Shown here one piece after another: positions 1 through 13,502 of a stretch of 64,000 nucleotides of DNA. The stretch is from Camelus ferus (lineage: Eukaryota): the NCBI RefSeq assembly GCF_009834535.1, contig NC_045697.1:82896001-82960000 (forward strand). The letters are read 5' to 3'. A program made the translations under genes and the position numbers. The stretch's first letter is position 1, and each line of letters begins with the position of its first letter. The notes beneath the pieces are model-generated. The model saw nothing but the letters and a program-made list of their open reading frames with translations, did no database searches and had not been told where the DNA came from.

Positions 1-67
1 AACTTGTAAAGACCTATGATATAACTATATTTTTACCCACGAAGACAACCAGAAACATACTTGTAGA

Positions 68-115
<48 letters not shown>
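68..115 (+). repeat. (AAT)n microsatellite, ~16 units
   Basis: Perfect AAT run read directly; explains the poly-Ile ORF 14..262. Confidence 0.97.
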
Positions 116-116
<1 letters not shown>

Positions 117-344
117 TTAATAATAAAAATAATAAAATTACTTACAGCAATAGAGATCACACTCCATGAGTAATTGTGAGATATCTCAATGAGAGAGAGT
201 AAGGAGGGGCTTATAGGATTTGAGTTTGCATCAGGTGACTTGGGGGAAAAAATGGCTGCCATTTATCTAATAGTTAGAATGGCTAGATACTGTGTGAAGT
301 TTTTTCTTTTTCTTCTTTTTTAAGCTTATCAGTTACGTGTTTTT

Positions 345-3195
345 GTTCTTTTCTTAAATTGAGATATAGTTGATTTACAGTATTTTATTAGTTTTGGTGT
401 ACAACAAAGTGATTCAAAATCTTTGTAAATTCTACTGCATTTACAGTTATTACAAAACATTGGCTATATTCCCTGTGCTGTATTATATATCCTGGTAGCT
501 TGTTAACTTTATACATAGTATTTTGAACCTCTTTCTCCACTGCCGTATCTTGCACCTTCGCCCTTCCTCCTCACAACTGGTAACCACTAATTTGTTCTTT
601 GTACCTGTGAGTCTGTTTATTTTTGTTATATTCACTAATTTGTTTATTTTTTAGATTCCACATGTAAGTGATAACATACAGTATTTGACTTCCTCTCTGG
701 CTTATATTACTAAGTATAATACCCTCCAGATCTATCCATATTGTTGCAAATGACAAAATTTTATTCTTTTTTGTGGCTGAGTAGTATTCCATTGTATACA
801 CCACCTCTTTCTTATCCATTCACCTGTTGATGGACACTTAGTTTGCGTCCATGTCTTGGCAATTGTAGATAATGCTGCTGAGAACATCAGGGTGCATGTA
901 TCTTTTCAAATTAGTTTTAGTTTTCTTCAGATATATATCTAGGATTGGATTTCCTGGATCACATGGTAGTTCTATTTTTAGTTTTTTCAGGAAACTGTAT
1001 ACTGTTTTCCACAGTGGCAGTACCAATTTACATTCCCACAACAGTGTACAAGGGTTCTCTTTTTTCCATATACTCATCACATTTGTTATTTGTGGTCTTT
1101 TTTATAATAATCATTCTAACATCTGGGAGGTGATATCTCATTGTGGTTTTGATTTGCTTTTCTTTGAAGGTTAGTGACACTGAGCATCTTTTCATGTGCC
1201 TGTTGGCCATATGTATGTCTTCTTCGGAAAACTGTCAGTTCAGTTCTGTTCATTTTTTAATTGGGTTGTTTGATTTTTTAATGGTGAATTGCATGAGCTA
1301 TTTATATATGTTTGATATCAGTCCCTTATTAGTCATATCATTAGCAAAATTTTTCTACAACTCAGTAGATTGTCCTTTCATCTTCTCTGTGGTTTCCTTT
1401 GCCATGCAAAAGCTTTTCAGTTTAATTAGGTCCCATTTGTTTTTGTTTTTGTTTCCTTTATCTTAGGAGATAAATAAAAAAAAATTGCTATGGGTTATGT
1501 CAAAAAGTGTCCTGCGTATGTTGTCTTCTAGGAATTTTTGTTTCCAGTCTTTTCTTCTTTCTCAAGATTGTTTTGGCTATTTGAGGTCTTTTGTGTTTCC
1601 ATACACATTTTAAAATTATTTGTTCTAGTTCTGTGGAAAATGCCCTTGATATATTGGATTGCAATGAGTCAATAGATCGCCTTGGGTAGTATGGACATTT
1701 TAACAGTATTAATTCTTTCAGTCCATGAACACAATATATCTTTCCACCTGTTTGCATCATCCTCAGTTTCTTTCATCCGTGCTTATAGTTTTCTGAGAAC
1801 AGGTCTTTTACCTCCTTAGGTAGGTTTATGCCTAGGAATTTTACTCTTTTTGATGTAATGGTACATGGGGTTGTTTCCCTAATTTCTCTTTCTGACAGTT
1901 TGTTGTTAGTTTATCAAAATGCAATAGATTTTTGTATATTAACTTTGTATCCTACAATTTTACTGAATTCATTGATGAGCTCTAGTAGTTTTTTGGTGGA
2001 GTCTTTAGGATTTTCTATGCATAGTATCATGGCATCTGCAGAAAGTGACAGTTTTACTTCTTTCTTTCCAGTTTGGACTCCTTTTATGTCTTCTTGTCTG
2101 ATTGTTGTGACTTCCAATACTATGTTGAATAAAAGTGGTTGAGTGGGCATTCTTGTCTTGTTCCTTATATTAGAAAAATGCTTTTAGCTTTTCATCATTG
2201 AGTTGATGTTAGCTGTGGGTTTGTCACATATGGTCTTTATTATGTTGAGGTGTGTTCCCTCTATGCCCACTTTCTGGAGAGTCTTTATCATAAGTAGATG
2301 TTGAATTTTATCAAAGGTTTTTTCTGCATCTATTGAGATGATCATATGATTTTTATTCTCCAATTTGTTAATGTGGTGTAGCACATTGATTGATTTGCTG
2401 ATATTGAAACATCCTTGCATCCCTGGGATAAGTCCACACTTGATCATGGTGTATGATCCTTTTAATGTATTGTTGAATTCCATTTGCTAATCTTTATTGA
2501 GGATTTTTATATCTATGTTTATCAGTGATATTGGCTTGTAATTTTCTTTTTTTTATGGTATCTTTGGTTTTGATGAGTTTGGAAGTGTTTCTTTCTCTGA
2601 AATTTTTGGACTAGTTTGAGAAGGATAGTTGTTTACTCTTCTCTAAATGTTTGGCAGAATTCACCTGTGAAACCACCTGGTCCTGGAAATTTATTTGTGG
2701 GATTTTAAAAATTATTATTACCGATTCAATTTTATTAATGGTAATTAGTCTGTTCATGTTTTCTATTTCTTCCTGGTTCAGTCTTGAGAGATGGTGTATT
2801 TTTAGGAATTTGCTGATTTCTTCTAGACTGTCCATCTTGTTGGCATATGGTTATTTGTAGTAATCCCTAGGATCTTTTGTATTTCTGTGGTGTCAGTTGT
2901 AATTTGTCCTTTTTCATTTCTGATTTTATTGATTTGGGCTCCCTGTTTTTTTCTTGATGAATCTGAGGAAGATTTCTCAATTTTGTTTATCTTTTTCTAG
3001 CTCTTAGTTTCATTGATCTTTTCTATTGTTTCTTTTAGTCTTTATTTCTTTTATTTCTGCTCTGATCTCTATGATTTCTTTCCTTCTACTAACTTTGAGT
3101 TTTATTTGTTCTTCTTTTACTACTTGCTTTAGGTATGATATTAGGTATTTGAGATTTTCCTTGTTTGTTGAGGTAAGCTTGTATCACTATAAACT
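345..3195 (-). mobile_element. LINE-1, 5'-truncated and decayed (3'UTR plus ORF2 RT and C-terminal region)
   Basis: Minus-strand ORF2-like peptides: [66 protein letters not shown] (decayed FADD motif), [20 protein letters not shown]; many stops and frameshifts; L1 3'UTR and T-rich tail at left. Confidence 0.97.
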
Positions 3196-3739
3196 AGGAC
3201 TAGAAGACTAGAAGAATGATTTAATTTAGCTCATAGCTGTGTGTCCTACTTTAGGATACAAATCATGAGGATACTTTCTGAAATGTAACACATTTGGAGT
3301 CCTGAGCCACACAGTTGAGTGTATGATAGTATTCTGTTTAAGAAGCTCCATTCAACAGCCTAACAAAAACAACACAGAAATATCCTTTCATAGGATATTG
3401 TATGAGATCCAATTCCTAAGCCTTAGACTCTTCTCCCTAATTCCCCACACATTGTATTCTCTTGAACCTATCTTTCTTCCCAATGCTCCGAGCTCTTCTT
3501 TACCCTCAATCCACTTAGCATTTCCTTTCGTCTTTCTTCTCTTCCAGTTCTTTATTTGTAGATTGATTTTGTCCATTTGAAGAATCTATATAATAAAAAT
3601 CTAGGGATTAATTTAGGAAGAATATGTTCTTTTGGATTAGAGCAGGGAATATTTCTACATTATTTTTCTTATTAGATCGTTTGTATTATCTTATTATAAA
3701 ATAATGGTTAAAAGCATAATCTTTTATTTTTGTGAGATG

Positions 3740-3930
3740 TACCCAAAATTGAGACCATGTTGAGTCATTTGTTAACTATATAAACTGGGAGAAGTTACGT
3801 ATGCTCTTGGAACTCTAAATATCAAAAATATGGTACTGAGGTCATAGAGTTATTGAGAAGGTTAAACGATAATAATGCATATAACATTTGAATCCAATGA
3901 CTAGAATAGAGTGAGCATGCAATAAAAGCC
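3740..3930 (+). mobile_element. MIR SINE remnant
   Basis: Similarity to MIR core/3' end (tcatagagttattgagaaggttaaa...gtgagcatgcaataaa). Confidence 0.6.
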
Positions 3931-4029
3931 AGATAATAAAATAAACAAACAATTACAATTACCAATAAATCCTCATAACACTCTCTAAGAACTGCTATTG
4001 AAAGATGAGGAAATAAAATAATTATGAAA

Positions 4030-4205
4030 TTAAAACTTCATATACATTAGACTTATTCCATTCTTACAAAAACCCTGGAGTGCTGAACTTATTCCTAGTT
4101 TTGATAAAAAGTGAGAAATTGAGAGTCCATATAGTTTTCTGGAGTTTACACAGCTAGTATGTGGCAACAATGTACCTAGAAATCCAGGTCTCCTGATGCT
4201 TAATC
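4030..4205 (-). mobile_element. MIR SINE remnant
   Basis: tttacacagctagtatgtggca...aatccaggtctcctga resembles antisense MIR. Confidence 0.6.
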
Positions 4206-7200
4206 CTATATTGCTGTTTAATATCACATCCCAAATCCTAGGACAATACATGTTGGATCAATGTACATTAAAGATTTGGGATGAAAAATTGATTGTAGTC
4301 TTGAGTTTGGTTTTATATATATATTTTAGTAAAGTAAATAGAATCCTTTTTGGTTTGATAAAAGGTTTTGTCTTATTTCACAGGGTTTTTGCATGTTAAA
4401 TGGAGTTTGCTTTTTATTTTCTAATCTTAATAAAAATTTTATTTTTGTGTCAAGCTAGAGAAAATCAGGAGTGATGTAACATGACCTTCTTCTATTCTAT
4501 GTCTTGGGAAAATCAGCAGCTGATAATTTGAAATGTTCTAATAAAAGCATTTCTACAGCTTATTTTAATCAAGTAAGAAAGATGCTTTTGAATATATCAC
4601 TGAGAATCAAGAAGAATGCGTAATTTTATCATTTTCATCAACTTTGAACAATCTCCCAAGCTAAACATTTTATTTTTTGATATTTAACTCCTCATGCCTA
4701 CATAATTTTGCCCCATCTATTTTCATATTAGAATGTAGCTTCATGATTTTAAGTGAAGGATTGAAATGATGTGCTTACAGGCCAGAAGCTTGCATGAAGG
4801 GAAAACAAAGTTCTCTTCTGTATTTCCTCTTATAACAAGTTCAGCTCTCATTGCTAAATTCCAGTCAACATGACTTTTTAATAAATTACTATTTATTTAT
4901 CATCAATAGCTAAGTTAATGATTTAAATTCTTCCTTGAATTCGATTTTACTTCAGAAACATAAAAATTTTAAATGTGATATTTTTTTTTACCTGTGCACA
5001 CAAGACTTTCTGTTATATTTTACACTGAGTGGTCTTGTGCAAAACATTGTGTGTGCTCTTTGCACTATTTCTTTAGACTATAGCTGTCTTGCTCTGTGTG
5101 GATATATGTGTAATGTTATTAATCAGAAACATTATTTAAGCATAATGACTGGCTAATATTAGAAATAATTTTCTGTGACAGAAAGAATAGATACATGTTT
5201 AGATATTTGGGGTACTTCTTAATTATAAAATGTATATGTGTTAAGTATTATACTAACAAGCAGGTTAATATAAAGACATTGTAAATATCACTTCTAAAAT
5301 ATATTACACATTATAATAGTTTTTAAAAGCTAGTTTTGGATGTTAAGTATCTAAAGATCCACTCAAAATAACTACAGATAAGAGTCAATTTTAATTAATG
5401 GTTATCTGTATTCTTTTCTGAAAGCCTTTGTGTCAATAGTATTTTAGGTCCCTGAATATACCACAGTCAAACTAATATTTTGAAATAATTAAAATTTCAA
5501 ATTTGCAAAGTTCCAAATCACAGTATTTTTGGAGTAGCAAGTTGAACAGAAAAAATTACAGTATCATCTCTTAAAAGAGAAAATACTTTTATATTTACAG
5601 TAATTTTTATGTTCAGCATTTTAACTGTTTGTAAGTGAGATTTTATTCTGGCACAATAGAATAATTGGCTCAAAAATAGAAAATAACAAAGAGCAGCAAC
5701 TTTTGTGTAGATGCATTTATATTAAAGAAGTTGATCATTTGTTATTTTAAGACATCAATGCAGAATTTGATGACTCTTTAAAAGACAGAACTTTACATTT
5801 ACTATGTAAACTTAATATATAACCTTCTTAATTAACAGGCATTATAAATTTAATTTTAAGAAATTTATGCAGTATAGTAAGATTGAATAAATGTGTAATT
5901 ATCTGAATGTAACTATTTTGTGCATAAGAATATTACAACACAACAAATTTTCTTTACTATATAGAAACTGATAGATAAACCCATTAGTTATTTTAATCTT
6001 TACACCTTATAAAACAGTATTCCATATTTATGATAACTTAAGAAATTGCACAGTCTTTTGAATCCCATAAATTTATGGTAAATTGCTTAGTTTGTATGAA
6101 CCAATCATTTGGAACTAAGAACTGATAAATATTTCTTTGCTAGAATAAGATAATATTCTAAAAGAGCTTTAACTTTGAAAGTCATACATAAACGTTTCAC
6201 AGTACTGAGTTCATTACTCCCCACCACAAGTAGATAGTTTGAGTAATTACAGGAAAAGTGATAATAAAATACAATGGAAAGAAATCTGGACAGAAAGAGA
6301 ATCTACATTCTATTATAGCATTGCCAGTAATTTACTCTGTGGACTTGACTGAGTTTTTGCATTTGCTTAATAGTATTTTACTCTTTTGTGAATTATCTTT
6401 TTATTTGCTTATTATATCTTTCCATGCTGGAGTTTGCATCTTTTTCTACTCATTATTAAAAACATTAAAGCTTTTCTGGCCTTTGATATATTTTTCATTA
6501 CATAAACAAGATTTCTATGTTCTATACTTTCTCTTTGAAATATAAATGCATATGAAAATGCAAAGCACATACTTGTTAGTATTTTATTTTAAAGTTTAAA
6601 TTCGTATTTAATTTTATAGTTTTCTAAATATAATTATTTTATATAGATAGTTAAGTGAGAAGGATGAGGTCTGGTTTGTGACAATTTAGACTATAAAGGC
6701 AGGTCCAGAATATAGAAAAAGATTGTTATTTTGTACCAAATGTAGTACAAATGTACTATGTAGTTCTAACATAAAATGATGCAGTCTTATTAAAATACAA
6801 TAAATGTAAATATTTTTATCTGGTGTAAGGTAAATGTTTTCACATAAGTAACAGTATAAGCTATAGATTAAAAATAAGAAGTTATTAAAAAATTTTGTAG
6901 GATACAGTACTGATAATTGAGTTCCAAGAAACTCCCGTTATAATGCGCATAAGCAAATATTAGAGGCACAGATGACAATTACACAATAAAAAATAAACGA
7001 CATAGACTATGTTAAAGAGCAAGGATGCTACATTCTCAAATACTCTGGTCTTCTGACCTCCTACAAACACCACTGGGACCTGCGCCATTTGTACCCTCCC
7101 TGAGATCCCTTTCCTACCAGAACTCCTGACTTGGGCAACTTCTCCAGTAGTTGGTGGCAGAAGACATTTCCAATTAGATTGCTAGGATAACAGAGTGAGA

Positions 7201-7449
7201 AGTCGTTTTCTGTCACCCACTTCGGATATACTTCCTTCATTCCATCCCATAACCAGCTCACTGTGTGCGGGCTCTGCACCCCTTGAATATTATGTTCTAT
7301 TTTGGGGGGTCCTGGTCTGGATCTAAGCATGTCACTTCATTTACCATCCCACTTCTGCAAATATGATAGACATTTTGTATTTCCCTTCTTAAAAATTTAG
7401 CTTTATTAAGGTATAACTGACATATAAAATTGTATTTCCTTTTCCTTTA

Positions 7450-7600
7450 AAATATCCTTATGAAGTTGATAATATAATTATATCATTTTACAGATAATGA
7501 AAGAGAGGTAAAACAAATAAGTTGCTAAACATTAAAAATTCATATTGTAGAGTTAGGATCTAAACCCAGGCAGTGTTATTCTCAGAGATGGACTCCTAAA
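7450..7600 (-). mobile_element. MIR SINE remnant
   Basis: cattttacagataatgaaa...ggatctaaacccaggcagtg resembles antisense MIR core. Confidence 0.65.
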
Positions 7601-7699
7601 TGATTTACTAAAATACTTGCTAATCAAATGCATCTGTCACTTAATGTCATAGATCATTTTTGCGTTAGTGACCTGCAGTACGTGTGAGGCCTTGCTACA

Positions 7700-8500
7700 A
7701 GATACATTTAGCAAATATAATTGGGTCAGGCACTGTGCTAGGAAGTCAGAACATAACAGTGAACAATTTAGAAGACACTATTTGCAAGCATTAAGAGTCT
7801 AGTTGAGGGCATTAGACCGTAAAACAAGCAATTACAGTCGTGTGTGATTATAGAGAATGTTTGTTTTTTTTCAGTATTACATAAGAGGAGAGAGAAGCCG
7901 CTAATACTTCCAGTTTTCCTGGAGAAAACTGATGTTTATGCTAAGAACTGAATGATAAAATGAGAAGTACAGGAATCAATGTGGGATAGGTTAAAAAAAA
8001 AGAGTGTGAAGCAGAATAGCTGTGTGAGATAAATCACAGCAATAAATACTATGAAATGCTCTGAAAATGGAATAAAATTATCCTGCCTGGAACAAAATAA
8101 TTGATTAAGCTGATCGTGAGGCAGGAGGAGAAAGGAACAGATTTTAATGTAGAAATGGTGGAGAATGAGATAAATTTGAAGCTATAATAATGAAGTTCAT
8201 AATTATATATTTTAGTTTAATTTTTAATGGTGATAAAATACTCAACATAATCTGGTTGTGGAAGCCAACTGTGAGAAAGGAATGACAAATGGTCTTGGTC
8301 TGAAGAGGTGAGTAGGTGTCTGAAAGGAAAAATGAATGATGAAAGTTTATTCTAGAAGATTAAAAGTGTTCACAAAGCTATGTAATTATGAATGGATATT
8401 AAAATTTCGAAGAATGGTGACAAAGTCTTTGCAGAGTATTGTGGGAGGAGTGAAAAAATTTGAGGTTGAGATTTAAGTCGGTCAAGTTTATTGTGGGAAT
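7700..8500 (-). mobile_element. LINE-2 remnant
   Basis: caggcactgtgctagg...aacagtgaaca...tctagttg pattern of the antisense L2 3' end, followed by purine-rich body. Confidence 0.6.
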
Positions 8501-9275
8501 CTTCAAAATTTGTGCAAACTTCAGGAATTTGATTGTTTTGTCCCTAAAAAGCAATGTAGTGGCATCTTTTAGACTTTCATAATATGTAACTGTGCACAAT
8601 TTTAATTATATATAATATACATATAAAATATAGGTATTACATATATGTATATATGAACATGTTGTAAGATCAGTTTTCTGTGTTTATTTCTCAGAATCTG
8701 GTTAAATATACCACGTTTTTAGATAAGCTCACTATGTCTCAATCTTTCTATTTCCTGTAGTTTGTATAAGTGTATGTTTGTGTGTGTCTTCATTTCTGTC
8801 TCTCGCTCACTTTTTCTCTTCTAAGCAAAGTTACTGGCAGAAGTGATAAACTGATTCAGAGCATCATCAATAACACCCTTACTGACTGAAGGTTCGGGTT
8901 TTCATTGTGGGATAGGAAGACTGTGGTATAAGTGCCATGCATGTGAGATTGATCACAGACACTAGGTTTTATCAGTTGCACAATGCTCAGAAGGAATTAT
9001 CCTTCGAACAAATGCAGGCTAGGTATTTGCAGTGATTCCTCATCTTAAAAAGGCAAAACAAAAGAAATAAAACAAGCAAAACCAAAACCTAATTCCTAAA
9101 AGACATAGGATTTTCTCAGCGAAGGAAATATTAGGTCATGTGTAGAATCTATGCTCTGATTGAGTAGCAGGCATCTCTCCTGTTACCGCTTCTCATCACA
9201 AACAATATTTTGATGTTTATTATTCAATAATGTCAAGGTACAGATTATACATTGATGCTAGTTTCAATTAAAATT

Positions 9276-9305
9276 TTTTAGTATATGTGCTGCTGAAGTG
9301 AGCAC
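9276..9305 (-). pseudogene. U6 snRNA 5'-fragment retropseudogene (nt ~1-30)
   Basis: Reverse complement GTGCTCACTTCAGCAGCACATATACTAAAA vs U6 GTGCTCGCTTCGGCAGCACATATACTAAAA: only two differences, both CpG transitions; flanked by direct repeats 9265-9279 and 9306-9319. Confidence 0.93.
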
Positions 9306-10744
9306 CGATTAAATTTTTTGTGTATGTATTAAGTTAAAAAAAAAAGAGCAATATATTTCTCATATTTTCACACACACGCATACATACACCACACCCCCTC
9401 AACACACAAGACAGAAGAAATCTATATTGCTTGTTATCTCTGTTCATATGTTTGGATACAAAAGAATGAGTCAGAAAAATAATTTACATAAGGTTATTAA
9501 TACCATTCTACCAGCCATAATATAACAATTGTGTTTCCCTTCAACTTTACATGAAACCAAAGCAAATACATCATTGTGAAAATATTCCCTAGTAAATTTA
9601 TATTGCATAACAGGGTCCACCAGAGAGGGTTTCTCATGAGCAAATCCACCTTTACCCTCAAGCACTTTTATTGTCACACACAGTGTGATTATAAATACTT
9701 CCACTGATATTTTCTTGATTGCTCTTCTGTTGTTACTCTTTACCCCTTGAGTTGCTGGCCTCGTGCAGTCTTCCATTCTGCTTTTTCACAAAGTGGCTTC
9801 CTCAGGTATTTCGCCAGGTTTATTCCCTGTAGCCCACAATTCCCCTTTAGTTTTTGACACAGACAACTTGATTGCTAATTCCGTAGTAACACTCTTCAAT
9901 ATGAAGTAGACTCATTTTCGATTCACTTTTATTTAACAAATTGCACTCATTATATTCCTATGCAGTCTCGTAAAATTTCCCAATTTGCAACTACACTGCC
10001 AAATAACGTAGTGCATACTGAACAAGTATCTTAATAGCTATGCATTTTTCCTTTACAGAACATTTTTCTAAAGCTGATTGTTGTTTTGTTGCTATTCCTC
10101 TAAATGGCTAAGTAACTCCAGGTCACACTGAAGCACAAAGTAGAGTAATCTCTCATTCAGGGAGTGAGTGACTAATAATTTGTTACGAGTAATTATAACA
10201 TCTCAAAGTGCATGACTTTTTCATCCACTGCGCTCACCAAAATTAAAAGTTAACATTTTATTTAAAAATTGTTATTACCTCAATAGACAAATTTGTTTTC
10301 TCCTCATTTGAATATAACGTGGTAAGATGCTCCACAAGAGAAAATACTGCAAGTAAATGAAAAGTTGTAAATGTACATCTTCAGTGTATTATACTTATCA
10401 GCCATGACATTTTGAAAACTGCATTTACCTTCCCTAAGTTTCTGTAACTTCATGACTCAAACAGGAAGAATAACCTGTGATATAAAAATCCCAGACCTGT
10501 GTTACGACACCTGAAAGTAGAGTATTTCAGTTTACATAAACAAATTTGAAAATTATTTTGGATTCATTGACAGAGCACAGTATGAGGCAGCAAAAATATG
10601 GTGCACACTAAGAGCTTCGGTGCTAGTGCTTATGCTAGGAAACCCTACTGTTTACATTCAGTGTCTCAAGATACACTTTAAACATAATTGATTTGTATTT
10701 TTTTTAATCTATATGCAGCTTGAGTACTAGAACTGATTCTCTAC

Positions 10745-10915
10745 GCCAGTGATGCAGTATGAACAATTTAGAATTGCCTGGGAAGCCAGTTACAATTACA
10801 GGTGCTGGACCTCGTTGTCAAAGATTATGATTTAGTAGGACTGGAGTGGGACTGAGACTTCTGTTTTGTGGCAAGTTCCCCCAGACAATTGTGAAGCAGC
10901 TTGACAACTAGCACT
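10745..10915. mobile_element. MER5-type hAT-Charlie DNA transposon remnant
   Basis: tagaattgcctgggaag...gattatgatttagtaggactggagtgggactgaga...caagttcccc resembles MER5A/B. Confidence 0.65.
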
Positions 10916-12199
10916 CTGTGTGAATCACTTCATCTTCCTGAGCCTGTACTCCCTATCCTCATGTACACAAGGTAGTATGATTCACCAACAGTCAGTGATT
11001 AAAAAAAAAATTCTTAGGAATCTACAAAATTGATATAATACTTACACTGTTTTTCCCTTAGGGATCTACAAAATTTATATAATACCAAAAAAAACCCTAT
11101 AAAACATTTAAAAATAAAAAAGCATTCTTAAATTTTTATTATTTTATATTGACATTTCTGTTTAAACTTTAACATAGAACTTTCAAACTAAAAAGGGAAA
11201 AACTTTTAAAATATTTTGATTAACTCAAAGATTTATTTTGATTGGTTGTTCATTCAAATCTGAGCTATTTTTAGAAACACTGTATGTATGCTTTTTGTAT
11301 CAGAAAATATTTTAAGATTGTTTTATTAGTACTTAATGTATTATTAAGGGAGATAATTAACATGGGCAGATGGATTTTTTTTATTTCCTGATATAATGAA
11401 CCTCACATTTACAAGACCAGCATCAATGCAGCCCCTTCAGAAATTGGAGTCCTCTCCAGCTGTAGAGAACCATTTGTTTTCAGCCATATGTAATGCCAAA
11501 GTAAGGGTAAATAAAAACTTTCTGACAACTGGAAATATTTAACAGACAATCAATAAAATGTAATATGAGGAAAACTGCATGCAACATAAAAGAAATAACA
11601 TGGGATGAGGCCAAGAATAATTTCATTTTTATGCAAATATTTACTGTTCACATTTATGAAGTTATAAATGATTCTATTTTAAATTTATATTAAGAATTAA
11701 ATAGAGAATAAAATCAAATTCATTAGAGAAACAAAGGACCAAGATCCAATTATATGTGTATCATATTCTGCACACATCTCATTCTAGAATATTCTAGATT
11801 AAGAGCAATGATACTGATAGTGACATTCTGTTATAAATATAGAACTTGAATAACACATTCCTTGACATCAAGACATATTTCAGGTACTAGATTTGGTACA
11901 AGAACAAAAGTATGGTAGAAGAATATGCAAAATATGCAGACATAATTTACCCACCATAGTGTGAAATAATGATGACAATACACAAATGTGTGCCAGGTGG
12001 CGGCTTATTCTCAACTGGGCAGTTTTACAAGTAGATGTGGAAAGTTACATGATGAATGAGAATAGAGGAAAGTAAATCAGATAAAGAATGAACTCCAGGT
12101 GTCCTGGAACTTACGGAAAGTTTTGATTCTTAGTCCCTTTTTAAAGGTTTAGAAAAATGGTACATCATCAAATGCAGTTCTGATTTGAAGGCAATTCTT

Positions 12200-12578
12200 T
12201 GTGATATTTGATACATTTAGTTTTAATTATATCACCTTTGTTTCTATTTTCTTCATTCTTTTCCCTGTTTTTCTCTCTTTTCTGCCTTATTTTGGGTAAT
12301 TCACTTTTAAATTTCTCTTTTCTATATTCCTTGTGGCTTACTAGTTACATCACTTTATCTCACTAGTAGCTTTCCTAGGGCTGTGATATACATTCTTAAA
12401 TTTTCAAAGTCTGACTTCAAGTGATGTTATGCCATTTCACGTCTACTATAAGACCAATAGAACAGAATACTGCCATTTTTTTCCTCCTGGCTTTGGTACT
12501 ATTGTTGTCATACATTTCATATTTTTGTATTATAAACTCTACATAACATTGTTATTGTTTTGTCTACAAAGTTAATTA
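12200..12578 (-). mobile_element. Old L1M fragment (inter-ORF region)
   Basis: ctctcttttctgccttattttggg...cttcaagtgatgttatgccatttcac...tattgttgtcatacatttc resembles antisense L1MC/MD/ME. Confidence 0.6.
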
Positions 12579-12579
12579 T

Positions 12580-13502
12580 CAAAGGTGGTGTAGGGCTTTC
12601 CTGGACTTACCTCCTCTCAGGGACACACAGAAACCACAACTACATATGGAACAACTGTCTCCAAGAATGACCTGAAGACTAACAGAACAGATTTTTTTAC
12701 AACTAAAGACAAAAAGAAAAGGCGACATTGAGATGGGTGGGCGGAACAGAGCTGATCTAGTCAGAACACACATCCGTGGTGCAGCAACCCACAAGCAGGA
12801 GGCCCTTCCCAAGGAGCGAGAGGTCTGAGCCCTAAGGCAGGCTCCCCAGCCTGGGAGACCTGCACCAGGAAGACAGACCCCACTAAGGCTGGCTGTGGAA
12901 ACCAGTGGAGTGTAAGTCCAGGAAAGCCAGAAGGCTGTGAGAAACCAAGACTCCACTCTTAAAGGGCTCATACACAACTCATTCCAAGTCCCAGGGCAGA
13001 GGCAGCAGCGTGAAAAACTACTGGGTCACAGAAGAATGAGAGTCATTAACATTTTAGGGCATGTGTTAGAGAGACAAGCATCTAGTGGAACTTCCTCTGG
13101 GGACAGGAGCATTGGTGGGCACCATTTTCTTTTCCTTTTCTTTCTTTCTTTTTCCTTTTTTTTAACCTCTCCTTCCACTTAGTTGGCCCTGCACTGGCAG
13201 ATGCCATTTGTGTCACTCTCCATCAACCTAGCTAACACTGTGTCCCCTGATCTGCCATTCTCCTGAGGACCAGCCCCACCCAACCTTCTTATCCTGTCCA
13301 ATTCCTCCAAAGCAACTCCAGCCCCACCCACCAGCCACAACAGGAGGGCACACACAGCCCACACAGGGGATATCCCTGGAGCATCTGGCTCTGGTAACTG
13401 GGATTGTGTCATTAGGCTCCAAAGGACACCTTCTTTAAAAGGCCACTCTTTCAAGACTGGGAGATGTAGCTACTATACTTAATACATAAAAAACAAGCAC
13501 AG
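12580..13502 (+). mobile_element. Isolated LINE-1 5'UTR (laurasiatherian L1M2/L1MA-like), ending just before ORF1
   Basis: GC-rich block; cttacctcctctcagggacacac...aactacatatggaacaact...aatgacctgaagactaacagaaca at start; aggccactctttcaagactgggagatgtagct...aatacataaaaacaagcacaga at end. Confidence 0.75.

Noticed and set aside
7030..7360. GC-richer block (also 14470-14880 and 15700-15990)
   Set aside because: Probably old LTR remnants, but I could not assign a family or a function
9471..9776. 101-aa minus-strand ORF in unique sequence
   Set aside because: No recognisable domain or splice structure; length expected by chance
11016..11085. Direct repeat of ~26 bp with a spacer (CRISPR-like appearance)
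   Set aside because: Only two copies, in mammalian DNA; simple local duplication
12579..13454. Several 64-132 aa ORFs
   Set aside because: By-products of the GC-rich L1 5'UTR
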